NCBI GenBank assembly: GCA_028534125.1
Contig: CM052821.1
Location: forward strand, 8,618,001-8,682,000
From: Lama glama
Taxonomy: Eukaryota
Length of the DNA stretch: 64,000 nucleotides
Direction: 5' to 3'
The position numbers and the translations under genes are program-made. The notes beneath the pieces are model-generated. The model was not told where the DNA came from and searched no databases. It was given only the letters and a program-made list of their open reading frames with translations. This document shows, piece by piece, positions 35,905 through 47,500 of the stretch (the first letter of the stretch is position 1; each line of letters starts with the position of its first letter).

Positions 35905-36800
35905 TTAATTTTAACTGAACTATAGTTGATTTACAATATTGTGTTAGTTTCAGGTGTACAGAAAAGTGATTCAGTTATATATAAATGTACATATATATTC
36001 TTTAGATTCTTTTCTAAGTATTACAAGATATTAAATATAGTTCCCTGTGCTATACAGTAAATCCTTGTTTATTTTATGTGTGTATGTGTTAATCCCATAC
36101 TCTTAATTTATCCCTCTCCCACCTCTTTTTTTTTAAGATTCCGTATCATATAGTATTTGTCTTTCTCTGCCTGACTGCATNNNNNNNNNNNNNNNNNNNN
36201 NNNNNNNNNNNNNNNNNNNNNNNNNNNNNNNNNNNNNNNNNNNNNNNNNNNNNNNNNNNNNNNNNNNNNNNNNNNNNNNNNNNNNNNNNNNNNNNNNNNN
36301 NNNNNNNNNNNNNNNNNNNNNNNNNNNNNNNNNNNNNNNNNNNNNNNNNNNNNNNNNNNNNNNNNNNNNNNNNNNNNNNNNNNNNNNNNNNNNNNNNNNN
36401 NNNNNNCTTTTCAAATTAGAATTTATTCTTNNNNNNNNNNNNNNNNNNNNNNNNNNNNNNNNNNNNNNNNNNNNNNNNNNNNNNNNNNNNNNNNNNNNNN
36501 NNNNNNNNNNNNNNNNNNNNNNNNNNNNNNNNNNNNNNNNNNNNNNNNNNNNNNNNNNNNNNNNNNNNNNNNNNNNNNNNNNNNNNNNNNNNNNNNNNNN
36601 NNNNNNNNNNNNATATTGGCTATACTGTCCNNNNNNNNNNNNNNNNNNNNNNNNNNNNNNNNNNNNNNNNNNNNNNNNNNNNNNNNNNNNNNNNNNNNNN
36701 NNNNNNNNNNNNNNNNNNNNNNNNNNNNNNNNNNNNNNNNNNNNNNNNNNNNNNNNNNNNNNNNNNNNNNNNNNNNNNNNNNNNNNNNNNNNNNNNNTTA
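35905..36800 (-). mobile_element. L1 3' end, antisense, with N gaps
   Basis: tatagttgatttacaatattgtgttagtttcaggtgtacagaaaagtgattcagttata...atagttccctgtgctatacagta. Confidence 0.9.
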
Positions 36801-37399
36801 TTATTTTATGATTATAACATTTATTCACTCATGTGTCTAAAAGTTTACACATTTATGAATGTGCACATTGAAGGGTCCCATGGCAAGAAACAATCGGGTT
36901 TTGGAAGGTGTGTTTGAGGTTGCTCTCTATCTCTAAATACAAACTCACTTTCTTCAGCACCTTCAGTTCATTTTGCTTGTATTCAAGGGCTGCACAGCTG
37001 AAGTTCATTTTTCTCCTCCAACATGACTGGAAGTCTATTATTGTCTTTAACTCAACCATCTGGAATCTTTATTTAATAATGACATTATGGCTTTCATTGA
37101 ATTTTCTCATCACAATGAATTAAGATACAAATATTTCACCTAATAAAATCACAGTGAACATTTGGGGAGTAATGAGAATCAATCCTTTTATTTTCCACAT
37201 TTTCTAAATTGGAGATGGTAATAGATTCCACTGTTTTCCCTCTGTACTAAGCGTGTAATTCCTCTGCACTCATTCCTTATGCACTGTGAATGTATCTTCT
37301 AACACCTGACATTGTGTAGACTTAGAAAGTTTTTCTTAATGTCAATTCATACAATGTCTGGCTAGTGTCATAGATTCTGGCTCTTTTTTTGTATTCCAC

Positions 37400-37488
37400 A
37401 GTAATTTTTCCACCAGTAACATGGAAAGAACTTTCGCAGTGTTTCTCTCATAGCTGCCTTCACCTCCTTGTTCTTCAGGCTGTAGATG
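37400..37488 (-). pseudogene. 3' remnant of a fourth olfactory receptor
   Basis: The minus strand encodes IYSLKNKEVKAAMRETLRKFF, matching the C-termini of the neighbouring ORs. Homology stops abruptly at a (TG/TA) microsatellite at ~37488. Confidence 0.75.
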
Positions 37489-37737
37489 TGTGTATGTATA
37501 CATACACATGTGTGTGTATAATGCCTCAACACATTACTATTACACAGAATATTCATTTAAGTTTGCCTACATGTTCAAACTTTCAGTTGCTCTTAATTCA
37601 TTCCTCTGTGGCAATGTTTCCACTTAGGAACATATTTCTTCTACATAAAGAAATCCTTTCCGTATTTTTATTGTGAAAGTACACTAGTACCAAATGTATT
37701 CAGCTATTGTTTGTCTGAAAATATTTCTCTTTCATTT

Positions 37738-40700
37738 CTTTTTTGAAAAGGCACACTTTAAATAACTTTTTATTACCAGGTGAAGTTATGTAGGTACAGA
37801 GTAATTAGAAACTTCTGAAAGAGCATAACTGTTTAAAAAATGGCTCATTCACTATATAAATAATGTCTAGTATCTCATTGGTATATCACTATTCGAAAGG
37901 CCTTGACCAAAAAAGTCCCAAATAAAACACTCAATTCAATGTTTTAAGCCCCGCTTTGCTAATTAAGCTTATGAGCACATGTGAGGCTGCTAAAGAAAAG
38001 GGATACAAAATCAGGCAGAGCTGGGGACATTGGCAATGCTTAGGGCTGTCAGCCAGACTCTAGACAAGGAGATGAGGTAGTTCTTTTCTGAGTCACTCTA
38101 CTTGAATTATTGTTCTGTTATTCGACACAGTAGATCATTAGAGAAATGAAAAATGAACTAACATAATAAGGAGGTTACTGAATTGTTGGGACTACATGTC
38201 ATGTTTACATTTAGCAAATTCAGATAGCCGTAACAAAAATAGCCTCTATCATTGTCAGTTATGAAGATAATTATCCATCTAGCCTTTTATGTTTGCTGGA
38301 TAACAATACAGAACAGATGAGCTATAAATGATACTGTTCTATGTCAAAAATACTAGCTTTTAAAATTTGTGTTTACAAGCACTCACTGCTTCAAGGTTAG
38401 GCTTGTTAAGTGATTAAGAATAATTTTATTACAGCAACATGTATGTATTTCATTCTAAAAGAATAAATGCAAAAAAAGAAACAGCTGTTATTTTTGTTTG
38501 CAGCCTGTGAAATTGAGTTATTTTGCTGATGTGTATGGTCATTTTAGGTCCATGCCTCCTTCTGAAAATGCTACACACCCAGATTTTAAATGCATCAAAG
38601 TTATAACAGTTCCATCTTAGACTTGATCAGAGCCAAATATTGCAAGCAACTGATTTCTCAGCTCAAACAATGCATAACTAACATGTTGGGAACAAGCTAT
38701 GGAGCAAGGGAACATAGATTAATAGAGACTTTTTATTTAAAGGTAAAATATGCCAAATGGCCCTCTGAAACAGGTTATTTCTACTTTCACACTTGTCAAC
38801 CTGTATATGATCTCCTAATCTTAATTTCTTTCTTCTTAAATAAGGGGCTGATTTGGACTGACTTGCTGAGAATGATGTCTATAAGAGAAAAAGATTTCTG
38901 TGGTTATAGAGCTTCTGATAGGTTTGCAGAAATTATAGGTAAAGAGGGTAGTCAAGAAGTAAACCAGCTTCACTGTATGCCCCAAAGACTTTCTCAGTGG
39001 TATTGACAGAAGCTGCTAATCCTAGGTTATACTTTGTAGCTGTGGGCATGATTTGCCTGGCAGAAAACTCCGTAGTGTAAACTAAACCAAAATACGTAAT
39101 GTTTTTTCTTGGATGCACCTGATACTCTGTTTTGGAACCCACTGTGGGTACAACAGGAATACTTGTACCGTGCTTTCAAATTTTCTTTCTAAACTCTCTT
39201 GAACAAACATGAGTAAGTGGTAGTTAGAATCTGTCATATTTGAAGGTCCAATGGTCATAGCTGACATGATTATATTCTTCAGCCACTCCTTCAGCATTCA
39301 GGTAGAGATCAGAAATAACCATAATGTTCCTCTCCAGAAAACTCTTATCAGATTCTGAAGTTGTTGGTCCACTGGAAACTTCCATAATGATCATAGCTTT
39401 GACTCTGAGTGCACTGGATTTGGTCAACTGCTTCTCATTGGCAGTGGGGATCAGTATGTCATGGTCTACTTCCAGGGTGCTTCCTTCATAGGGCTTTGCT
39501 TGGGGAAGCCCAGGATTAACCCATGCTGCAATGTGAAGTCTTCTAGTTCCTTTTGGTCAATGCCATCTGAATTTCATATGTTCCCATTAGATTCACCAAC
39601 ATCAACACATTTAGCACTGATACAATGTAAATATCTCAGAGGGCAGGCCATCATTGCCAAATCCCTGAATAACAAATATTTTATCTCTAAACCCTTGTGT
39701 CATGCCTAAAATGCTCATGTAAGAAGCTTCATTGAGGAAGTTTTCAATCCCATGTAAAACACCATGACCAGTAGCAGAGTCAAGTCTGTGGATACCACCC
39801 TGGCTGATGGGTTTACCAGTAACTGTGGGCATGTTACTACCTAAGGTCCCTATGGTGCTGACATAAGTATCAGCAATCCAGGACATCTCTCACTCACCTG
39901 TGCCTGTCTAGGGCAGACACATCAAGATTTACTGAGTCTCCTTTTTTGGTAATTACATGGTGAACTTCCTTGTGATCTTTTCCAATTCAGTATCGATGTG
40001 GTTCTTGAGTGATCTTAACACCAGCTTTTGGCAACCTCAAATGGCACGTAAACCACAGCAGATTGTACGTCATCAGAGTAGCCAAAGCTTTTACTTCATC
40101 TACACTCACATCTTCTCTGTAATGGATACTTCCCTTACAGGGTGTGACGTGCTGGCTGTGCTGGGCCCCATAGCCCTCAGTGTCCCCCCAGGAGCCGCTG
40201 CCACGCAGGCTGGGGAAGGGCAGGATCCATACGTGGTTTCAGGGGTCGATGATTTTCCTGATGCCACGCACGGGTTCCGCTTCTGCTCCTCATTCTCCTA
40301 GATCTCAAAGTCTTCTATCAATCAGCTGGTCATTCATAATGCTCGTGCCACAGTCGGTTAAAGAAGCTGTCTACCACCTTGAGGAAGCCGGGGTCATATC
40401 GCGGTTGCTATGGTGTCGCCAGGTGGGCGGGCCCAGGAGGCCAGGGCGCATGCGGAACAGAACGTGGGGCGAGGCCTGGAGGAGAGGCGCGCTCTCCGAG
40501 GCTTTAGGGCGGGCTGCCTTTTAAGCTTCCTGCCTTCCTCGCTGTCCTCTCCTTTGTCACCATCCGGCACCTGATCTGGAGGAGCCGCCTCTGTCTGCCG
40601 TGGCTGAGCAACACGTGGAAACGGCGGGGTGGGACCCGGCATCCTGCGCGCCTGGCCTGGGCCTCCGCCCGGCCTCTCCCCACCTCACCTCGGCTCACCT

Positions 40701-40744
40701 GCCGGTCGTGGGGCGACGGAGGATCTCGTCCTGCATGTTTGAGG
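37738..40744 (-). pseudogene. GLUD1: Processed pseudogene of glutamate dehydrogenase 1 with full 3'UTR and long GC-rich 5' region
   Basis: Intronless fragments [67 protein letters not shown] and KYNLGL..KVFGAYSEAG. AATAAA (37769-37774 on the minus strand) and a short poly(A) at ~37739-37744. Many frameshifts and stops. Degenerate TSD tatttctctttcattt (37722) / tatgttttctttcattt (40745). Confidence 0.95.
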
Positions 40745-41849
40745 TATGTTTTCTTTCATTTTGAGGTGCATTCTGAGGTGCAGAACTCTAGTCTGCATTT
40801 GTTTTCTTCATCTTTTCCAGAACTTAATTTATAGTCTTAAGGCTTCCATCACTTATATTGGGAAATAAGTTTCAGTCTAATATTTGCTCCACTGAAGGCA
40901 GGCTCACCCTTACTTATTTCCTGGGTAAAAAGTACAAACATCGAAGCCCTCAACCCAAGGCTCTTTCCTGTCCCACCCTTGGGTCTTTCGTGAAGTGAGA
41001 GGGCCTGTGCATGCTTAAATAAGCAGCACACCCTGGAGCTCCAGGCACACTCCTCAGGCCTGGTGTACACACGCCTGGGGAGAGAGGGCGGTGAGGCCTG
41101 GGAATAGGCCTGAGGCTGTTTGGGCGGGGAATTCCGAGGGCAGGGATCTTTGGAGTGCGATTTACAGAGTGTGCTGCTGTGGGTGGGTGTATCAGCTGGA
41201 CTCCGCAGGACACATGCCCAGGCCTGGGCCACAGTTGCCTAAAGGGGTCTAAAGGTGGTGTGTTCAAAGGTAGTTTGCCTTTTGTCTCAAGCTGTTTTAA
41301 AACTTTTCTTTTTGTGTTTGGTTTTCAGTGGTTTATTGTGCATGTCTAGATGTGGTTCCTTTTGTATTTGTCCTGCTGGAGGTTCACAGTGGTTGTTAAA
41401 CGACTCTCTGTTACCTCTAAACCCACCCTTAAGCTTTGTGATGTGCAGAATTGTATGTTTGTTCTTCCTGTCTTGACATCTCATGCTGTACTACCCTGAA
41501 AATGTTTTCATAGTGTCAGAAAAAAAGAATATGGGAAGTATACTTTTTCTTTGACATCTGACTCCTCTTAGTTTGTGGCACTAGAGGGAGACCACTCACT
41601 GTTTCTGTTAGCATCACCCCAGCAATAGCTGGGGTTCCACTTGCAGCTTTTCCCAGCATTCCTGGAACTAGTCTCCTCAAGCGTTCGCAGACAGAGCAGC
41701 CGCAAGAAAGCTCCCCTTCCCAAAGACCTCTTCTCTGAGCTCCTCAGATAGCTGCACAGCTGGGCAGCACCCCTCTTCAGGAAGTCCCAGCAGACAGAGC
41801 ATCTCCTGCAGGTTGTTAAACGCCTCTCTCTTATCCCCAAACCCACACC

Positions 41850-42670
41850 ACAGTGAAAGATCTTATAGTGATCTTCTCACCGTCTCTATAGTTTTGCCTT
41901 TTCCAGAATGTCAAACTCTTCATTTTAGCTTCCTTAGTGGCATTGATGTTGAACATCTTTTTATGTGCTTATTTACTATCTGTATATGTTCTTTAGTAAG
42001 AAATCTGTTCTTTTGCCCATTTTTTAATTGTTATTCATTTCCTTATTGTTGAGTTTTTAAAGTCTTTTGTTTAGCTAATGTGTCTTTTGCAAATATTTTC
42101 TCCCAGTCTGTGACTTGTCTTCTCATTATCTTGACTTTCAGAAGTAAAATTTTGAAGGTAACTCCATCAACACCCCTTTTTTTGAAGTTTTACCTATTTT
42201 TCTGGGTGAATTTTGCTATCTTTGTCAATGTCTATAAAATGTCTTACTGGGATTTTATATTGTATTTACCTGTTTTTGGAACTGGAAAACCACTAAAAGC
42301 ATTTTAAATACTGTTGAGTTAGCATGAAAATAGAAAGCATCCTTGTATAGTTTTTGTTTTCAAAACAACCCTAAAATTATGAANNNNNNNNNNNNNNNNN
42401 NNNNNNNNNNNNNNNNNNNNNNNNNNNNNNNNNNNNNNNNNNNNNNNNNNNNNNNNNNNNNNNNNNNNNNNNNNNNNNNNNNNTATACAGCAAAGTGATT
42501 CAGTTATACATATATATAAAAATATGTATTCTTTTTCAGATTCTTTTCCATTATAGGTTATTACAAGATATTGAATATAGTTCCCCATGCTATATAGTAG
42601 GTCCTTGTTGTTTATCTACTTTATATATAGTAGTGTGTATCTGTTACTCCTGAATTCCAAATTCACCCAT
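41850..42670 (-). mobile_element. L1 fragments, antisense (older piece 41850-42370; younger 3' end 42484-42670)
   Basis: gatgttgaacatctttttatgtgcttatttactatctgtata; tatacagcaaagtgattcagttatac..ccattataggttattacaagatattg. Confidence 0.85.
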
Positions 42671-43039
42671 CCCCAATATTTGTATACTTTTTATATGTGA
42701 TTTTTTTGTGTAAGTTTTGTTTAGAAAAGAAAGAGTAAGTTAAGAACTCCATCTTCCCTGTCATATGTGCATTTATATGTGCCAAGGTCACCATCTTTGA
42801 CAAATATCCTATATAGCATTTTCCTGTAGGAAATATTTTTTGACTCCGTGGCTTTTTCACAGTCTTGGGGATAGCTATGTTGGAATCATAGACTGTGAGA
42901 CCATCTGGATTACAGAATAATAGAAATGAAAGAAGCCTTTAGCATTTTCTATTTATGCCTCCTTATTTACAGGGAAGGGAATTGAGAACTGGTGGTGTTC
43001 TCTGAATTACATCCTACTACCCAGTAAGATCAAATAGGG

Positions 43040-43385
43040 TAAACGTCTTTCACACCACATTTATTTTATCAGTTGTTGTTTGCTGGTCTCTTTGCTTGGC
43101 AGTTGTGATGTGTGTGGGTCTCACTTGATTTCCAAGTTCCCCGTTGTAGCCACAGACCCTGGCATTTCTGCCTGTGAGTATCATTCCCTCTTCTGGATCA
43201 GTGGGGATGTCTGCCTAATAACTTTTTTTTTTTCCAGGCAACCAAAGCTGTGCCCTAGATGTCACAGTCACATAGATGGGAATAAAAGAAATTTAGTTTA
43301 CCAGGCAGGTGGCACTGAAAGTAAAAGCAGATCTCTTGGTGATACTTCTGCCTTCTTTACCCTATCCCAAGATATCCAGCTCAGA
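43040..43385 (-). other. C12orf54: Predicted non-coding terminal (3'UTR) exon of C12orf54
   Basis: Acceptor cttctccctcag| at 43386 and minus-strand AATAAA at 43060-43065. It pairs with the donor CAG|GTGTTT at 44367. Confidence 0.45.
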
Positions 43386-44406
43386 CTGAGGGAGAAGATC
43401 CACTGGTTGTGTACCACCTGCTTTCTGCATAGGGCCCACTCTTTGCTACCCTACTCTTGCTGCCTGTGTGGTACTGAAGAGGAAGGAAGTTTCCTGCCTT
43501 AATTTCCAAGTCAAAACTGAGGTTTGAATGATAATAGAGGTTTTGTGAATGTATATGTTCTTTTAGAAAGATGTAATCTTGTTGCAAAATACTAGGACGT
43601 TTTGTGTATTTTGCTGATACATGGAGAAAATGGGATAAAATATTTGAAAGGGGACTATTCAAGAAAATACAGAGTCACTGTACTTAGGCACACGCAGATG
43701 AGTCTAATTTTCTCCATCAGTCATCACGCAGATTCGACAGGGTCATATAGATGGTGTGGCTAGCTTAGTGTATGCCACACACAGGTGAGCATCTGTGGTG
43801 GTCTTTTTCTCCATATGAGATTAGGTATCAGGTGAAACTAGGGAGCAGGGGAGTTAAAAAGGTTGAGGAAATGGCCTACCACTTAAGCAGTTCCTTTGAG
43901 GGCAGTACACTCAAGTATTTTATTAATGAAAATCTTGACAATGGGGTCTATTATGGACCTACAGTATTTGACTTTTGATTCTGAATTAAGCACCAAAGGT
44001 AATATAAGTTTCCAGAGCACTTTCCAGAAGTGAATAATGGGCCTCACATTTCTTAGTGTGTGTTTAAACTTTTTTTCCATTTCTCTATCCCATAGTTGTC
44101 TCTGATTCCTGAACACTCCTCCCTCCCTGTACAAGAACTACCTACGCAGTGTTTGGCTCTTTGCCTCAGTCACAGAGACCAAAAGATCCTGGCTCAGCCC
44201 TGCCCTCGGGCTTCTACCCTCTCACTCGATTATCCCTCATATTGGACCACACCTGCTGAGGGGGTTGCTCTGTCATGTTGGAGTGAGGACTTATGAGGCC
44301 TGGGTTCCTGGCTACAGCAGGATGGGCAGAGTGGAGGTCAGGGGAAAGGCCATCTGGGTGAAACACCTGGCAGAAGCAAAGGTGGTCTTCTTCCTTGATT
44401 GTAGGG

Positions 44407-44548
44407 TTAGGGTCTAGGGTAGCAAGCTGATTGATCAGAGAACTGGCTTCTCAATTTGTGGGCCTGGACCCCTGACGGCTGCTCTCCACTGCTTGGCAGC
44501 AGTCTTTCCAACTTCGGGGTCATCCCAGAATCTGAACGCTTGACACTT
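44407..44548 (-). CDS. C12orf54: C12orf54 last coding exon (SVKRSDSG...YPRP*)
   Basis: Acceptor tttggtacag|; stop TAA at 44409-44407. Confidence 0.9.
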
Positions 44549-47500
44549 CTGTACCAAATAGAGAAGGCTGTGAATGTTTAAGGGAGAGAGATCTCATCTC
44601 TGGGGCCCCCCTCCCTGGCCTACACTGTATTTAAGGATTTTGTTGTCAGACTCCACCAGGAATGGGCATCAGTGGCTCTGGGAGTTGCAATTCCCTGATG
44701 ACCGTGTGTTCCATAGGAAAGAGCCCTTGCTGGCATTAGGAGACTTTGTGTCTTAACGTATCAGAGCCTCTTTATCTGGAAGGTCAGGAAATTTCCTCAT
44801 GTTTGCCTCAGAGGAATGTTAAAATAAAGTAAAATCACTGATCCAATATGGTTTCCAATAGAAAGTGCTCCTCATATGTAAAGATTTACAACAATTATAT
44901 TTAAGATTTATATAAATATGAGATTACCAGTTATTCCTTTCATAGTTTCAGCACTGATCAGTTTAAATTCAGCACTGTCTCTTTTAGAGGATTGTTTTTT
45001 ATTTCACTATGGCTAACTCTTTAGGGTAGGATCAAATTTGGTTCAAATAGGGATCTGGGAAGTTCAACATCTCCATTTCCTGACTCAGGTGGGACCATAT
45101 CTGAAATGTGTCAAACTGATTTTAAAAAGTATTTCTGAAGTCCTCTGCAGAACACGATGCTGCTGTCTTGACTACCCAGTGCCCTGTTTGTCAGTTCTCA
45201 CTGTTGGAGAGTCATTTCTAATGTCTAAATTAAATCTCTGGTCTTTTTTCTCCTAGTCTTTTTCTTATGGAAAAGAAATTGACATCTCCTAATGTTGGGG
45301 CAATGAACTTTCAAGTTTTTAAAATTTTCTTCTTCTAAGTCCTTCTCCATCTAAGTTCCTGATTTTTTACTCCCTTTTGAGGGCTTTTCTTTCTTATCTG
45401 TCCTTCTTCCTATCTTCCCTCATTTCTCCAGTTGAATGAATAGAATCTCCCAAAATCTTATGGTGAGGTGCAGGACTGATCCTGAGATTCCAGAGATTTC
45501 TGATGGGGCTGAGGATGGAGGAGGAAGCCCTGGCTCTGTATTTCACCATTAGTTGAGAGTGATGGGGGACCACCTCCTGCCCCTTTAGAAGATACCTATA
45601 TTGGAAGTACAGGTTTCTGAAGGCTCAAGGCTCAGAGGCAGCAATATTGTTAGCCACTACACCCATATCCAGATGGATGCCTTCTCCCTTGGGGACTATC
45701 AAAAGAGGGCCACTTACCCAGTCCTCGATGCAGATGATATGGGTGTCATGGAGTAGTTGCTCATCCCTGAGGGGGACACAGGAAGGAATCATTCCGTTAC
45801 AGGGGCCTGGAACTGTCTCTCTAGGAGCCCTGAGCCCTGCTCACATCCTTAGTTTGAAGTAAAGCCAGTCAAAGTGGGAGAGGCCAGAACTTGTGGGGAA
45901 ACTGAAGACCTATAGGCCTATCAGAGAGGTGGTTGCAGAATGTGGCACCAGACATCTGGTTATTTATAAATCACACCGAATCATGGCCACCAGACCCCTG
46001 TTTAACCAGTGCTGGCCATCAAGAGTTAGCAGAAAACCTCAGTCCTAGGGCTCCAACATTGGAACAGGTCCTTGTATTTTTTTTGCATGGAAAATGGGTA
46101 CAACAAGACTTGAGTTCTCCTCATCTTATTCTGAATTCCCCCACCCATCCACCGCCCACCTTTAGGAAGCAGAAAAGCAACAACAGCAAGTAAAATCCCA
46201 AATCCACATTTTCACACTGGGTCATCAAGCAGGTGTTCCAGGGCCCTGCAGTGACCTATTTGGAAATCAGCCTTCCTTGAATAAAGGAGAGCATCCTTCA
46301 AGCTGAAGTACACCTGGCTCTTTTAACCTGTTGACTCCTAGGGTTCAGCAGCCAAGAGAAGTTTCCTGTGTATCTCACAATGGATTCCACTTGGCCGTGT
46401 TGCCTTATCATTCTGGAATGGGGGTGACTGACCGGGTTTGGAGAAAGAGCAGAGGGCGTTCTCTCTGGACTGGCTGTCTTAAAAGAGCCACAGGAAGGTT
46501 CAGACTCTTTTGAGCTCTGTTTTGTGAAGGAGCTGGAAAAGCATTATTGTAGTTTCAATTCCCAGAGAGAGCCCTCAGCTAGTCAGAATCTCCTTTCAAT
46601 TTCCTCCTCTAATTCCTGCACCCATATCTGAAGTATCCTTAATCTTTTCATGGGACTTGGAAGTCCCTGAATTAAATCTTATTTCATTGTGACAATAGAG
46701 GATATTTCAGTGGGCTCAGTCATTTATATCTTTGATACTCAAATTCTGATCCCTGAACCAGCAGCACATCACATGGGAGCCTCTTAGAAATACAGAATCA
46801 CAGAATCTCAGAATCTCAGGCCACCCCCGTAGACCTGCTGAATCAAAATCTGCTTTTTAACAGGGTACCCAGGTGATTTGTGTACATGCAAAAGTTTGAA
46901 AAGCCCTGATTTTTAAGTTCCTTGGAAAGAGCGCTAAATACGGCTTTTATGTCATAATCCTAGGCTCCTGGATGTTTTGATATTTTCCTGAAACACTAAA
47001 ATTTGCCTGTGGGCATTTGAGAGCTATACCTTGACCACCCTGAATAGTCATTCCATTCTGATCTCCCCACTATTCAGTCCCTCCCATCGCAGCCCTGCTA
47101 AACCCTTACACAGGGCTGGGAAGCTGCTTACCCTTGATTGTTGTCTCCTCTACAGAGAAGTGCCATGTCTGACCAAGGACTGAGAGTTCCTCAGGCCCTC
47201 AACAGCCATCCCAAGGAAGGAAGGGATCCTGCTGCCCCTGTCCAGATAACTGGACTGGACAGAGGCGAGATGAACGGTGCCTGAACTCCAACTTTCAGCC
47301 AAATGGAAGTTCCCATGAAGAGACTCTGTATGAACTCCTTTTTCCCTCCCACCACTCTTCGTTTAGCCAAACCTTGAAATATTGCTCTTTTACCTCGAGT
47401 CCGAGCATCTTCCTGGAGCTGAAAAATAATGAGAATTCAGAGAAGTCAGAGACTCAGGGGCCAGCTATAGACTTGGGGAAATGTAGGGATGCCTGTGTGA

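Noticed and set aside
38933-40698. Functional GLUD2-like retrogene
   Set aside because: Numerous frameshifts, stops and deletions, including the presequence and stop region; the longest GDH-like piece is 91 aa.
40830-41460. Possible LTR or coding region (127-aa ORF) next to the GLUD1 copy
   Set aside because: No recognisable protein, and I could not define LTR termini or a TSD; RepeatMasker is needed.
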